From assembly GCF_001194135.2 (NCBI RefSeq), contig NC_068984.1:97129322-97193321 (forward strand): DNA of 64,000 nt, read 5' to 3'. Positions 63,952-64,000 of this stretch are shown here, piece after piece. This DNA is from Octopus bimaculoides. Taxonomy: Eukaryota. The notes beneath the pieces were generated by a model. That model searched no databases, was not told the DNA's origin, and saw only the letters and a list, made by a program, of their open reading frames with translations. Each line of letters opens with the position of its first letter. Position 1 is the stretch's first letter. The translations under genes were made by a program, and so were the position numbers.

Positions 63952-64000
<49 letters not shown>

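Noticed and set aside
1-64000. rRNA, genuine tRNA genes, CRISPR arrays, prokaryotic or viral genes
   Set aside because: None seen; the tRNA-like boxes belong to SINE heads and the tandem arrays lack unique spacers.

Overview
AT-rich, microsatellite- and transposon-dense animal DNA with several N gaps. The repeat families look like those of a coleoid cephalopod, most likely an Octopus draft assembly (inferred from pattern recognition, not a database search). The one cellular gene I can support is RCC1L (WBSCR16, mitochondrial RCC1-like protein) on the minus strand. I reconstructed 12 coding exons by hand from 39504 to 1930. All have GT-AG boundaries and consistent phases, and they total 1392 nt (463 aa plus stop). 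The rest is transposon-derived: a Buster-type hAT with its 8-bp TSD, several mariners and MITEs, many RTE LINE fragments with a PHD finger inside the RT, a Dong/R4 LINE end in (TAA)n, a Penelope-like GIY-YIG remnant, Helitron ends and tRNA-derived SINEs. Most notable observations: (1) hammerhead-ribozyme motifs from three unrelated repeat families (intact core at 49721-49811, palindromic decayed pair at about 22.6 kb, core variant at about 58.5 kb); (2) two Helitron-like elements carrying telomere-type (TTAGGG)n cassettes; (3) tandem amplification of RCC1L exon ends, creating cryptic donors and a candidate in-frame 30-nt microexon; (4) two CpG-rich promoter-like regions (about 47 kb and 56.8 kb) whose transcripts I could not identify.
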